20,000 bases of DNA from Chiloscyllium plagiosum. Taxonomy: Eukaryota. Location of the stretch: the NCBI RefSeq assembly GCF_004010195.1, contig NC_057751.1:7693132-7713131 (forward strand), in the 5' to 3' direction. A model generated the notes under the pieces. That model ran no database searches. It was not told where the DNA came from and was given only the letters and a program-made list of their open reading frames with translations. Below, one piece after another: positions 19,998 through 20,000 of this stretch. Positions within the stretch are counted from its first letter, which is position 1. Each line of letters starts with the position of its first letter. A program made the position numbers and the translations under genes.

Positions 19998-20000
19998 CTT

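Larger units (their letters stand above)
19201..20000 (+). mobile_element. Penelope-like element: inverted pseudo-LTR (19201-~19606) followed by a 5'-truncated GIY-YIG endonuclease end and (CA)n; runs off the window
   Basis: ORF 19607-19891 reads IRETEQRLRQRMNGHHTTINRQEASLPIGEHFSGPGHSASDLRVTILQGGLQDRQQGKVAEQRLIAKFGINREGLNRDLGFMSHYR, a GIY-YIG C-terminus (YIGET-like, R..R, H, E, GLN). A hammerhead lies on the minus strand in the inverted part. Confidence 0.88.

Overview
Repeat-rich vertebrate genomic DNA. The repeat families (HE1-like V-SINE, HER1-like CR1 LINEs, Penelope-like elements, a ~68-bp dispersed minisatellite) point to a cartilaginous fish, probably a shark (inference). There is no intact protein-coding gene. 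Most of the window is decayed CR1 and L2-type LINEs, tRNA-derived SINEs, Penelope-like element (PLE) ends and a small Tc1/mariner-type MITE. Four things stand out. (1) A chain of six minus-strand exons (17202 to ~6967) splices into ~365+ codons of protein-like sequence I cannot assign to a family. It carries 13 in-frame stops (10 TGA, 3 TAA, 0 TAG), one probable frameshift and a MITE insertion, so it is probably an unprocessed pseudogene. (2) Six minimal hammerhead-ribozyme motifs sit in PLE ends, two of them in tandem 198 nt apart. (3) A perfect 233-bp duplication flanks a 621-bp unrelated insert inside a dead CR1 LINE. (4) PLE ends have inserted three times into the minisatellite, twice at the same position of the unit. 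All family names come from recognition and motif reading, not database searches.
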